A stretch of DNA of 64,000 bases from Macrostomum lignano (Eukaryota). The stretch's first letter is position 1, and every line of letters begins with the position of its first letter. The stretch is taken from assembly GCA_002269645.1 (NCBI GenBank), contig NIVC01000555.1:1-64000 (forward strand). The letters run 5' to 3'. A model generated the notes under the pieces. It ran no database searches. It had not been told where the DNA came from and saw nothing but the letters and a program-made list of their open reading frames with translations. Below, piece after piece: positions 34,537 to 52,092 of the stretch. The position numbers and the translations under genes are program-made.

Positions 34537-35082
34537 TGTTATGGGTAAGCACGGGGTGTATGTGACAGCACAGGGTGTTATGTGAGAGCATAGGGTGTTA
34601 TGTGAGAGCACAGGGTGTTATGCGAGAGCACAGGATGTTATGCTAGAGCTCAGGGTGTTATGCTAGAGCTCAGGGTGTTATGTGAGAGCACAGGGTGTTA
34701 TGCGAGAGCTCAGGGTGTTATGTGAGAGCACAGGGTGTTATGCGAGAGCACAGGGTGTTATGTGAGAGCACAGGGTGTTATGTGAGAGCACAGGTTGTTA
34801 TGTGAGAGTACAGGGTGTTATGAGACAGCACAGGGTGTTATGAGACAGCACAGGGTGTTATGTGAGAGCACAGGGTGTTATGTGAGAGCACAGGGTGTTA
34901 TGAGACAGCACAGGGTGTTATGTGAGAGCACAGGGTGTTATGTGAGAGCACAGGGTGTTATGTGAGAGCACAGAGTGTTATGAGACAGCACAGGGTGTTA
35001 TGTGAGAGCTCAGGGTGTTATGTGAGAGCACAGGGTGTTATGAGACAGCACAGGGTGTTATGTGACAGCACAGGGTGTTATG
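34537..35082. repeat. 20-bp minisatellite, right part
   Basis: Same unit as 28540-29162; its first 189 bp duplicate 28974-29162. Confidence 0.93.
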
Positions 35083-35309
35083 TTGTGAGACCTGCAGAAT
35101 GTCATGCAAGCGTCTTCAGACTGAACTTTACTTTGAACTATAACTATTATAAGTACTATTTGTAATCTTTATGCGCAGAATAAAACAGTTCACATTAATT
35201 AGCATTTATGATTTATTGAAGCACTATTGAACTGACATGAAACAGAGTTGAAAGCCTTGGGGGAATCTACCTGTTAATAGCAATGAACTCGTCCAGCCCG
35301 TCACTCGGG

Positions 35310-38300
35310 TCACGTGCTCTCCAGCGAGTAGAAGGTCTCGTCCGTGAAGATGGAGTCATTGATTCGTTTGGCTTTGAGTTTGCGACAAACTGTGGCTGTG
35401 GTGCTCATCAGACCGTCTTTCTGCAGTGCCGGCAAAATGTCCTTTTCTGTCAGAGGCAAGTCTAGATCTGACCTCTTCTCGTCTTCTGACTTATTATTGA
35501 CCAGCTGCTTCTGTTGCTGTTCAGCTTTCTGCTTTTGTTGCGAATCTTGCTGCTGCTGCGGCTGCTGGGTCTGCCGAATAGGAGCTGGGTCTGGAGTGCC
35601 CTGTGATCCGGCGGGTGCCTGACTGGCCGCAGACGGCTTCCTGTTGAGTAGGCGGGGATGTCTACTATTTTGGCGCCGTCTCTGACTGTCTACCATTTTG
35701 GCGCCGTCTCTGACTGTCTACCATTTTGGCGCCGTCTCCGACTGTTTATCATTTTGGCGCCGTCTCTGAATGTCTACCATTTTGGCGCCGTCTCTGACTG
35801 TCTACCATTTTAGCGCCGTCTCTGACTGTCTACTAATTTGGCGCCGTCTCTGACTGTCTACCATTTTGGCGCCGTGTCTGACTGTCTACTATTTTGGTGC
35901 CGTCTCTGGCTGTCTACCATTTTGGCGCCGTGTCTGACTTTCTACCATTTTTGCGCCGTCTCTGACTGTCTACTATTTTGGCGCCGTCTCTGACTGTCTA
36001 CCATTTTGATGCCGTCTCTGACTGTCTACCATTTTGGCGCCGTCTCTGAATGTCTATCATTTTGGCGCCATTTTCCAGACTGCCTGACTGGCCGCTGACG
36101 GCTTCCTGTTGAGTAGGCGGGGATGTCTACCATTTTGGCGCCGTCTCTGACTGTCTACCATTTTGGCGCCGTCTCTGACTGTCTTCCATTTTGGCGCCGT
36201 CTCTGACTGTCTTCAATTTGGCGCCGTCTTTGACTGTCGTCCATTTTTGCGCCGTCTCTGACTGATTTCTATTTTGGCGCCGTCTCTGACCGTCTTCAAT
36301 TTGGCGCCGTCTTTGACTGTCGTCCATTTTCGCGCCGGCTTTAATTGTCTTTCATTTTGACGCCGTCTCTGACTGATTTCTATTTTGGCGCCGTCTCTGA
36401 CTGATTTCTATTTTGGCGCCGTCTTTGACTGTCTTTAATTTTGGCGCCGTCTTTGACTGTCTTTCATCTTTCATTATTTTTTACGCCGTGTACCAAAAGC
36501 AGAATGACACTACTCACCCATCAGTAGTCTGCTGCTCGGTGACAGTCTCCAGCGATCCGGGGTAGAGCTCACTGACCTTCACGTGTTCATAGTTCACCTT
36601 CCTGGGATTGGCCGCAGTTTTCCTGTTGTACAGCTGCGGCCCCTGGCCGTGACCTTCGCCCCTGTCTGAGGACTTGCTGGCCGCCTGCGGCGTCTGGAAC
36701 TTATCGGTTGGGCAGGACTCGGCGCTAGCCGTCAGCAGAGCCTGCTCCTCGACGTTGTTCTCCGTTAGGCTCAGGAACGGTGTGTCTTTCGGTTCCTCGT
36801 GCAACTGCTGCCGGTGGACCTCCCTGAGGACGGGGGTCACGATTTAATTAGAGAAAGGGCTTTAGCACCAGGGGCGCCAGCACCAGGGGCTTTAGCACCA
36901 GGGCTTTAGCACCAGGGGCGCCAGCACCAGAGGCTTTAGCACCAGAGGCTTTAGCACCAGGGGCTTTAGCACCAGGGGCTTTAGCACCAGGGGCTTTAGC
37001 ACCAGGGGCTTTAGCACCAGGGGCTTTAGCACCAGGGGCTTTAGCACCAGGGGCTTTAGCACCAGGGGCTTTAGCACTATGGGCGCCAGCACCAGGGGCT
37101 TTAGCACCAGGCGCGCCAGCACCAGGGGCTTTAGCACCAGAGGCGCCAGCACCAGGGGCTTTAGCACCAGGGGCTTTAGCACCAGGGCTTTAGCACCAGG
37201 GGCGCCAGCACCAGGGGCGCCAGCACCAGGGGCTTTAGCACCAGAGGCGCCAGCACCAGGGGCTTTAGCACCAGAGGCGCCAGCACCAGGGGCTTTAGCA
37301 CCAGGGGCTTTAGCACCAGGGGCTTTAGCACCAGGGGCTTTAGCACCAGGGGCTTTAGCACCAGGGGCGCCAGCACCAGGGGCGCCAGCACCAGGGGCGC
37401 CAGCACCAGGGGCGCCAGCACCAGGGGCGCCAGCACCAGGGGCGCCAGCACCAGGGGCGCCAGCACCAGGGGCGCCAGCACCAGGGGCGCCAGCACCAGG
37501 GGCGCCAGCACCAGGGGCGCCAGCACCAGGGGCGCCAGCACCAGGGGCGCCAGCACCAGGGGCGCCAGCACCAGGGGCGCCAGCACCAGGGGCGCCAGCA
37601 CAAGGGGCGCCAGCACAAGGGGCGCCAGCACCATGGGCGCCAGCACCAGGGGCGCCAGCATCAGGGGCGCCAGCACCAGGGGCGCCAGCGCCAGGGGCGC
37701 CAGCATCAGGGGCGCCAGCATCAGGGGCGCCAGCATCAGGGGCGCCAGCATCAGGGGCGCCAGCATCAGGGGCGCCAGCACCAGGGGCGCCAGCACCAGG
37801 GGCGCCAGCATCAGGGGCGCCAGCATCAGGGGCGCCAGCATCAGGGGCGCCAGCATCAGGGGCGCCAGCATCAGGGGCGCCAGCACCAGGGGCGCCAGCA
37901 CCAGGGGCGCCAGCACCAGGGGCGCCAGCACCAGGGGCGCCAGCAACAGGGGCGCCAGCACCAGGGGCGCCAGCACCAGGGGCGCCAGCACCAGGGGCGC
38001 CAGCACCAGGGGCGCCAGCACCAGGGGCGCCAGCACCAGGGGCGCCAGCACCAGGGGCGCCATATCGTTTCAAAGGGTTGCCTTTCAATATTTTGAGTCT
38101 GTGCTCACCGGGAGCTGCGAAAACGGGACGCCATATTGGTGCCCAGGCTGACCAGCGACATCAGGGCTCGCCTCGGCAGCTCCATGACGCTCCGGCGGCT
38201 CTTCTGGCCCATAGTGTGCCGGACCTTGTACACCTGGATGAGCCGGGTGCCGCCGCTGGTCTGCAGCCGGGTCTGCTGATTGTACACCTCGTACTGGTGC

Positions 38301-39608
38301 AACCTGATCACGTGACCGAATAGCCCTCGAATCACCGTGTAGTTAATTAGCGACTGCACCGACTCGATTGACAGCTGCAGGTAGAAGCTGAAATTTGATT
38401 TGTGCGGCTGAAATTCCATGAGTTTTCAGTTGTTGCTGCTTAGCTAATGCGCTATTGGCTTATTGTAGGCTAATGATTGCAGGCTATCAGATAAATTATA
38501 CCTGCATGTGCGAATACCTGACACCGAGTTAATTAGCTACCTGACACTGAGTTAATTAGCTACCTGACACTGAGTTAATTAGCTACCTGACACTGAGTTA
38601 ATTAGCTACCTGACACCAGGTTAATAAGCTACCTGACACCAAGTTAATTAGCTACCTGAAACCAAGTTAATTAGCTCGCTGACACATGCTGATAGGCAAC
38701 TTGTACCTGTAGGTAAGTTAATTAACTATCTAAAATAGTAATTTGTTTACATGACACCAAGGATACAGTTTTCTGGACACAGCAAACTTAAAATAGAATT
38801 TCCATGGTCCTACCGCTCCAACCATCGTCACTAACCTGCTGTACTTGCAGTGCAGAGCCAGCCTTGAGCAGTCGTACTTCACCACGCCCAGAAGGTGACC
38901 GGTGAGCAGCAAGCGATGCACGCTGTCGTCAACTGACATCTGACTGGCGTTGATCCGGCAGTCGTTGAGCACTTCAATCACGTGTTTGCCCATCTCATAG
39001 TAAGTTGACTCCTCCAGCTTGTGACCCAGGACTTCAATATCCTTGATATCGATGAACGGACTCTCCCTGAAGTAGTCCTTGTACAGCTGCGTAGTCTGGG
39101 CGGCAATGTTCACCTTGGAGTAGATGAGGAACACAATGAGGCTGATGGCGCTGAGGATGTGCGGAGCCGAAACCTCGGTGGTCATGGCGGCTGACAGCAG
39201 CGCCTGGTGGCAGTTGATGCAGCACAGGTCGCCGTCCTTGACTTTCTGGTTGTGATAATAGGCCAGCTTCATTATGTAGTAGATTCTGACGACCGACTCT
39301 AATAAGTATAGAAGCAGCAGGACTAGAAACACCTCACTCCAGATGCCGTAGTTCATGTGTGACAGCAGTACAGATCTGCTCATAGCCGCGTGACTGAATG
39401 CATAATTCTTGACGCTGATCTTCAGAACAATGCCCAGTTGAGTCAGGTAGAAAGTGAAATCGGCTATGCAGAACATTATTAGAGCCAATTCTGAATAGAA
39501 TATCACACGGAGCTTAGTGAAGTATCGAACAGTTTCCTGCAAAATGTCCAAGTAGTATTTCAGCTGCTGCGTCAATGTCGTTAAGGAAATTTTTTTGTGC
39601 TCAAGCAT
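35310..39608 (-). CDS. Orphan membrane protein, ~572 aa; exons 39608-38814, 38374-38109, 36823-36518, 35661-35310
   Basis: Three GT..AG introns with consistent phases (0, 2, 2); exons total 1719 nt. Hydrophobic segments in exon 1 and a Q-rich disordered C-terminus. The first donor choice is uncertain. Confidence 0.65.
35662..36480. repeat. ~28-bp intronic minisatellite
   Basis: TTTTGGCGCCGTCTCTGACTGTCTACCA units. Confidence 0.92.
36858..38062. repeat. 15-bp intronic minisatellite
   Basis: CCAGGGGCGCCAGCA and CCAGGGGCTTTAGCA units in variant blocks. Confidence 0.97.
38515..38690. repeat. 23-bp intronic minisatellite
   Basis: AGTTAATTAGCTACCTGACACTG x~7. Confidence 0.9.
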
Positions 39609-40763
39609 TTCAAATCAACGTTTTACTAAGTGGAACTCGTGGAATAAATCTTGTTCAGTTTTATTTGGCAAGAAACAATTCAGATGATGATGATGATGTT
39701 GATGGATCCAATTGGGCGTATTAATAAACCTGAGCTTTGACCATAGACAGATCCGTGCATTTGCATCTATTCGTCCTTCGAGAGCATGCAGTTTGTTCAG
39801 AGCATTTCAGAACGATTTATCATAATTAGAGTCTTCTGCTTATTCTACTCGAACCGTATGTGTATACCTGTAGAGACGCGCACACTCAGTGGTTTCGTCA
39901 ACAGCCTGCTGACTGATGCTAGTTCTGTTGTACAGGTATACAGGTGGTTTCACGCATTTTATCCCGTAATTGGCATTCGTTGCATAAGGTAATTAAGGAC
40001 CTGGGGATGGATAATTCTATGCAATTCTGGCTACTCGTACCATTGTTATTGATCTATTTCAATGTATTCAGTAATTGCAGTCTAGTTTGCAGCAATGGCT
40101 CTCTAACGATATACGAGAATAGTTTTCGTAGGACATCCCCCTTTGAAGAATGCTGTCAGACAAATATATGCTACATGATAGCATTTTTTCTAGATAGGAT
40201 TTATATCTAGTTTCAATTCGTTCATGTGCGTCAAGACACTGACATTCACAGTGCAGCGACCAGTACGATCGTACATGTTTATCTTTTTCCCAGCTAAATA
40301 TGTTCGAAATTCATAGTCCAAGTATGTGGCCTATGGGGAGGCTATCTTAATTCTTTTCTATCTCACCACTGCTGACACCAAAACCTTGTTTGGTAGCAGC
40401 GAGAGTTGCCCGAGAGGAACACACTGGAGTTTTGAAATTATACCCAAAAGTTAACACTGCAGCGTTTCCAAAGGATCAAAACTTTCCCAGTCATCATGAT
40501 CATGCATTCCCAATACTATACTTCACGGCTTTTTAATGCTGATCTGTATCCCCAAATATGTTTTAATTTGAACGTAGCTAAATATTTACTCGTCTAGCTT
40601 TTACAGTCTGCTCTCTTCTATACATGCACCCTTTTAGCAAAGCCTACACGACTTCCCCTTATCCTATTTTAGGTAAATATTAAACTTCACGTCTACTCCC
40701 TTTTTTTACCCTGGAGCTTTTACGACAGATCCCCTCTTTAATGAGGGTTTTATAAGAGCAAGT

Positions 40764-40868
40764 CAGGGACTACTCAAACATGTTTGAGTAGTGCGTAAAC
40801 AGTTAAATATTAAATTGGCTAATCATTCAATCTAATGAATATAAACATGTTTGCGAGTGTAGTCCCTG
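40764..40868. mobile_element. ~105-bp MITE-like foldback
   Basis: CAGGGACTACTC..AAACATGTTT vs AAACATGTTTGCGAGTGTAGTCCCTG, plus a 24-bp perfect palindrome at 40769-40792. Confidence 0.5.
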
Positions 40869-42731
40869 CATGGAGCTTAAGTTTTAAAAGGCAAACGGGG
40901 AGTTAATTATAGTTGGAAAGTTTAGGCCAGTAGAAAAGCAAGTTGATTGCATTTCTGTTCAGCTTCCTCCTTTTCATAAAAAATACTCAGAATCTGAGCT
41001 CCTATTGGCTGAGACGATCAAGACAGAATTCAGTAAATAAATCAATAAACTGCAATAACTTTTATGATTGGCTAAATGAATTAAATAGGCTTACTTTATT
41101 ACTAAATAAAATATGGGTAAAATAATGAATGCTATATACCACTACAGAAACGCATATTAAGGGTAAAATACCCACATGTATGCATATACTGTGGAATGTA
41201 GATTTACGTTTGTCTTCAAATACTCATGCAAAGGCGACATTCACTACAAATTATAACGAGAAATTTAACAGGTCTCACATACGTAGATCAATACGTATCG
41301 TAATAACATATTATCATCACAACAGCATCGCAAGGCCAGTAGATAACGCGCTTCAATTTTTTCAATGCAAAGTCTGAATTCATGTAAAGTGGTCCGAGTA
41401 CAAAATAATTATCGTGGAGGGAATAATTAAACAAACTAATTAGCTAGGTATCTAAAAAGTATCAAGCTACCATCCGTTTTTTACGAAAAGAAAAATTATA
41501 ACAGCAATATGTGTACAAAATGTTTGCACTGTTACTTCAGTCAAAGACGCTGAGCCGATTTTAACTTCAATCCAGTATGACTAATTTTTCCTAACCAACA
41601 CGGTCATCGGTCATCAATAAGCGTCTGTATATTCAAAAATAGCATTAATTCGTTTCTGCTTGCTGTCGATTAGATTTGATCATTTTAATTTTTTAATTAT
41701 TTTCTATGCGTAGCACTAAAAATTAATGAGGCCTTATCATGATATTCTTACTGATACTGATCAATCTTACAGCGTAGTACAAAGTACAAGTACTTGAAGT
41801 GTACAGTTCTCATGCCGGCGTTGCGTCATACTCGAAATTATTATTATTGAATTAGGCTCTATAAGAACTATGATATGAAATCTAAATTTTAAATAAAATT
41901 TGCTTTTTATATCAATTAAAAAAGTAAACAGCCTGATTCAATCTAATTAATAAACAGGCTTAGCTAAACTTCAGGTTTAGGTATGAGAGGCAAAGGCGAT
42001 GTTTGCCTTATGCCATATTTATGAATTTGTAGATTACCCACTATTATTAGGCTTTCTATATAATATGTATATAATATAGTAATACATACACAACTGTTGG
42101 ATCACCTAGTTAATCTGGCTCAGTTGTAATTTGTAAAGTGTCATTTGTGGCAAGCCAAATATAAGCAACAAAATTGATGACTTTTTTTACAATTCTTGAC
42201 AACATTTAAAAATGAATTGTCAATAGACAATATTTTATTTTTTTAAGTCGATTGCAAAAAGTCACATTTTCAATAAAAACTAAGTTGCATGGCTAGTGTA
42301 TTTCAGAGGTTGCACATGTATGAATATTTTGTATAATTAATTATATATTGTATAGGCTAGACATTGCTTTTTTTATAGAACTCATTAATGCTAATAGGTC
42401 TAAGTTCTAATGCTAAATAACTAATTTTTAATTGTTAAGCTTGATGTTAATATGCATGGTTGGCTGATTATATTAAATATGAAATTTTGTCCATATAGCC
42501 ATTGAAAACTTTTGATAAATAAATCAAGCAAATAATAAAAGAATAATAATAAATAATAAAAGAGGGCTAAGAAAAACGCTTCTTTTATCCTATAAAAGAA
42601 TTATAGGATAAGGCTAATTATTTCCAAATACTAAGCTTGTGCCCTATTCAAGTACTTTTAACAAAATTTATTCAAAAAAGAAATCTTCAATCAGCTTTGC
42701 ACCTGTAATTTTTCCCATCAACAGAGTAGCA

Positions 42732-44009
42732 ATGGCGCTAGATTTCATATTTGGTCGGCGCAAGACGCCAGAAGAGATGCTGCGCCAAAATCAGCGCGCA
42801 TTAAACCGCGCCACGCGCGATCTAGATCGGGAAAGGACGCGTCTGGAGCGCGAGGAGCAGAAAACCATTATGGAGATTAAGAAGCTGGCTAAACAGGGCC
42901 AAATGGATGCAGTTAAAATCATGGCTAAAGATCTTGTACGAACAAGAAACTATGTGAAGAAGTTTATCTTGATGCGAGCCAACATACAGGCTGTGGGGCT
43001 TAAGGTTGGTTGTGATTTTTTTTCAATTTTTGATTGTGGTTTTGTCTGCTGAGTTCATTTTTACAAGTGTCAGGTAGTGAGGGAGGGAGAGGGCGAGGGT
43101 GTCAGACAGTGAGGGAGTGAGAGGGCGAGGGTGTCAGACAGTGAGGGAGGGAGAGGGCGAGGGTGTCAGACAGTGAGGGAGGGAGAGGGCGAGGGTGTCA
43201 GACAGTGAGGGAGTGAGAGGGCGAGGGTGTCAGACAGTGAGGGAGGGAGAGGGCGAGGGTGTCAGACAGTGAGGGAGGGAGAGGGCGAGGGTGTCAGACA
43301 GCGAGATGGAGAGGGTGATGCCCTCAGGCTTGTTTGTACCTCTATCGATTGATCCATGAAATCCCGTGACTGATCTGGTTAAAAAAGCTGCGTATTAAGT
43401 TGATGCATGATTAATGTGTTCTCCAAAAAAATTACCTTCTTCAATGACGCCGAGAGCGAGCTTTTCTCCTGTCAAGTGGTTACATAAAAGGTCCAGATAG
43501 TTTAAAAAGTGTGGTCTTAATGCCTAATACCTAATTTAAAGTATCACCTGTCAACTCAAACCGCAAAGGTGCAAACTCTGCGCTCAACCAATCAGATGGC
43601 TCAAGCCATGAAAAGCGTCACTCGAACGATGCAGCGAATGAATAAAACTATGAACTTGCCTCAGCTGCAGCAGATTATGGCTCAGTTTGAGAAAGAATCT
43701 GAGATCATGGAAATGAAAGAGGAGATGATGTCCGACGCCATTGACGATGCCATTGGCGGAGATGAAGATGCGGACGAGTCGGAAAAAATTGTCACCCAGG
43801 TGTTGGACGAGTTGGGCATCGATCTGGCTGGCCAGATGCCTGAACCGGGGGCCGCCGCTCCAGCCTCTGCTGGGGGTGAGCGCCAGCCTGCTGCTGCTGC
43901 TGCGGCTGCTGCTGCTGCTGCGGGGCCTCCAGGCCCTGATGGCGGCGCCGGCGGAGCCGATCTTGACGCCGATTTGGAGGCTCGATTGAACAATTTGAAA
44001 CGGCAATAG
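42732..44009 (+). CDS. CHMP2A: ESCRT-III subunit CHMP2A/Vps2, 237 aa; exons 42732-43004 and 43569-44009
   Basis: FGRRKTPEEMLRQNQRAL, AKQGQMDAVKIMAKDLVRTR, MKEEMMSDAIDD and C-terminal DLEARLNNLKR; phase-0 intron. Confidence 0.96.
43079..43302. repeat. 32-bp minisatellite, CHMP2A intron
   Basis: GAGGGAGGGAGAGGGCGAGGGTGTCAGACAGT x7. Confidence 0.95.
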
Positions 44010-44794
44010 ACAGGATCGCTCGATACGCACTTATATTGTCTTGGAAACCCAAAATGATAATCATTTGGGCTTTTCCAAGAAACGAATAGGAAGAGGTTTT
44101 GAACCCTAAAAAATATTCTCTGCATCCATGAAAAAGTCAAAATAAATTTCGGACATTAGAAAACTCACTATTCGGTCTTCGATATTTTGTATGGGAATCT
44201 ATTAATAGAATTAACTGCATCCTAGAATTTATTGTCTTTCCTATAAAATCATCTAGGTGGTCAACTGTCCTTTCTTGGAAACTCCAAATAATGTACTCGT
44301 GTCTTCAATACCTTTTCTGTATGCAATTTTTTTTATCAACGCATTAATCCAGACCTTTACCAATATTTTTTGAAAGTTTTTCTGATAAAGCACAACTACA
44401 AAAATTTAGCTACATATTTTTATGTCAATAATCCCGCCCTATTTTGAGTTGGGTTTGCTTCCTCATTGTTATTAATTGTGCAGAGATTTTTTTAGCTGTA
44501 TACCTAAATTTTTATAAAAAAACTTTTTTTCACGCGTAGTTTTCTAATTTTGTATTCTTCAGATGATCGAGAGATTTCAGATGGCTATATATCGAAACGT
44601 GAAGCAATTCCAGGCGCATGTATATTTCTTAATTTTCTATTGTAAAAACCTTTTACTACTGTAAAACGATAGCAATATAAGGTGCTTTTGTTGTAAAAAG
44701 TTCAGGAAAGTAAGTTTTGTTATTCTTTGATTTTTACTATATTGTTTATTTCACTGATAAGTTTGCGTGAATCTTATAACCATTTAGAATTGAA

Positions 44795-45552
44795 TCTTGC
44801 TGCAGATTGTGACCATAGACTATCAAATATTGTTGCAGATTGTGACCATAGACTATCAAATATTGTTGCAGATTGAGACTATAGACTATCAAATATTGTT
44901 GCAGATTGTGACCATAGACTATCAAATATTGTTGCAGATTGTGACCATAGACTATCAAATATTGTTGCAGATTGTGACCATAGACTATCAAATATTGTTG
45001 CAAATTGTGACCATAGACTATCAGATTGTTGCAGCTTGTGACCATAGACTATCAAATATTGTTGCAGATTGTGATCATAGACTATAAAATATTGTTGCAG
45101 ATTGTGACCATAGGCTATCAAATTGTTGCAGCTTGTGACCATAGACTATCAAATATTGTTGCAGATTGTGACCATAGACTATCAAATATTGTTGCAAATT
45201 GTGACCATAGACTATCAGATTGTTGCAGCTTGTGACCATAGACTATCAAATATTGTTGCAGATTGTGATCATAGACTATAAAATATTGTTGCAGATTGTG
45301 ACCATAGGCTATCAAATTGTTGCAGCTTGTGACCATAGACTATCAAATATTGTTGCAGATTGTGACCATAGACTATCAAGTATTGTTGCAGATTGTGACC
45401 ATAGACTATCAAATATTGTTGCAGATTGTGACCATAGACTATCAAATATTGTTGCAGATTGTGACCATAGACTATCAAATTGTTGCAGCTTGTGACTATA
45501 GACTATCAAATATTGTTGCAGATTGTGACCATAGACTATTAAATATTGTTGC
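44795..45552. repeat. 31-33-bp minisatellite with a 194-bp higher-order duplication
   Basis: TTGTTGCAGATTGTGACCATAGACTATCAAATA units; the same variant series recurs at 45026 and 45220. Confidence 0.93.
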
Positions 45553-46242
45553 ATATTATGACAGACAATCGAATATAGTGGATAGTTACGGATTGAGACC
45601 ACAGACAACCGAATCTATGATGACATGATGACATTCATGATTTACATGTACATGTAGCTGTAAAATAGGAGCTTACAAACTTGGATTTATTTGATCTTGT
45701 TTCAGATATGAGAATATATGATTTACGAGTATAAGATACAATAGCTATCCACATGCACTGCGTATCAAAATTAAGTGTCACAATTACACTGTTTCGATCT
45801 CCTAATACTCGTACATGTATTGAATATGTATCCTTCCATCATACACGTCTGCAGTTTCGAGTGCAGGGGCATTTGTAGCAATTGTACTGCTTCGATCAAC
45901 TGGTAACTTAATAATAAAATACGTGTTATTCATTTGCATGCTAGCGATTTCCGCTGACTAATTTAGACGTACATATACATTATTATAGCTTAATATTAAA
46001 GCAAGTGTATATATAGGCCAGTCAGCGCACACGACGTCGATCGGCCTGATATACATTTATATAAAACTATTCATAAATACTGCACATGCGCCTGATCATT
46101 CCATGCGGTGACTGCTCAATCGCCTGACAAAATGCCTTCAAAAACAGCAGCTGTAATCAAAAGCGGTCTAGCGAACGGAGTTGCTAGTAGTGCATCATGT
46201 ACAAGACGACAGCGTCGCGATTCGGATCTGGCCGCTGCGGCC

Positions 46243-46256
46243 GTTGCCATGGTGAC
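46243..46256. promoter_or_regulatory. RFX X-box-like motif in a GC-rich island
   Basis: GTTGCCATGGTGAC, with half-sites TAGCAAC and GTTGCTA nearby. Confidence 0.35.
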
Positions 46257-46542
46257 GCGAGCGTCTAGCAACGGCGGCAGAGAGGATGCGGCAGATTTGG
46301 TTGCTATGAGCTTGCTGGTGGCCAGTCTGCTAAGGAAACTTCGCTGTCAGCAGAGGATCCTGCGATTGCTGCTGGTGCAGTTAAATAATGACTGAGTTCA
46401 CTAAATGCACTGCTGATCTACACTGTACATGTGCGTGCAGTCAATTAGCTTCATAGCTTCATTATATTCAATAATATGCTTTGTGCTTGTATCGACCAGC
46501 TGCATGTACTGATGCAGCAGCCAAAGACAACATGTTAGCTGC

Positions 46543-46848
46543 AGGGGCGTCGCCACAGGGGAATCGACAGGGGACATATGTCTATGGTGGACATTCCAAT
46601 GCTCTGTCCCCCTATATCCAACTTTGTGACCCGTTATGGAAATCAATAATTTTGCTTCACGGGCGTCAAAATATAATCAAACTGAGTGCCTGTAGCGCTA
46701 AAGAGAGTGCCTGCGGTGCTAAAATGAGTGCCTGCGGTGCTAAAATGAATGCCTGCGGCGCCAATGAGCGCTGGCAACACCGATTCTAAAAATACATATA
46801 TAATTCTTGGTTTTGTCCCCCCACCATAAAATCCATGGCGGTGCCCCT
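46543..46848. mobile_element. MITE-like element
   Basis: Terminal inverted repeats AGGGGCGTCGCCA / TGGCGGTGCCCCT; short internal TGCCTGCGG repeats. Confidence 0.55.
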
Positions 46849-47553
46849 TTATAGTAGCCTACATGTACATGTAGATTACAGGTATTGTTGGTCATAATTT
46901 TATAGATTGTGAATTGCAAGTAGGTATAGTCTAATTGTTAATGCGTCTGCTAATTTTGCTTTTTCATTTTTTTCCTTGCATGACTTCGCAATAAAAAAAT
47001 GAGACAGTTTTTGTTGCAAAGAAATACATTGCTGTAGATTATTCGGAATTGTTTCATGTTGTTTAAATAAAATTTTCAATAAACACCATTGAAGTGTTTA
47101 CGTTCAATCTTAGATGGGTCTCCGACCTTATAGTACACATAGCTCGTACATGTATGTGCATCCAAAATCTACCATAAATTTGCCGACACTGTAAGTAGAC
47201 TGCAATGCAAATCACAGCTAATTCTTCATTAGGTGACAAGTCTGTAAACTTTTTAGCTCTTATTTTAGTCTATTTAGGACGAATTTCTATCGGGTCCATG
47301 GCTTATCAGTTGCACTAAATGTAATACGGCATGCAATTAAAAAGTAAATGCAGAATCAAATTGAACAGACAATAATTGTTTAGCTTTGAAATTCATCAAG
47401 CAATTCATCATATAGTTGCTGTACGCTTTATTTTTGTCTTCATCCAATCCACCTCAAAGAAAGAAGTTTTTTCCATTGAAATCTCTTTTTTCGGGTTCAC
47501 ACACACACCACACACACACTGGAAGGTCATTTTGTACTTTTCTCGCTATGACG

Positions 47554-52092
<4,539 letters not shown>

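Noticed and set aside
36892-38088. 398-aa GAPGA (elastin/silk-like) ORF and its overlapping frames
   Set aside because: This is the translation of a 15-bp minisatellite that is open in most frames. It lies inside a phase-consistent intron of the orphan gene.
38835-38836. Stronger-looking GTTAGT donor in the orphan gene
   Set aside because: A phase-2 junction to the 38374 acceptor gives an immediate stop, so the phase-0 GTAGGA donor at 38813 was preferred.
39786-41377. Short + strand ORFs
   Set aside because: AT-rich, with no motifs, splice support or coding bias.
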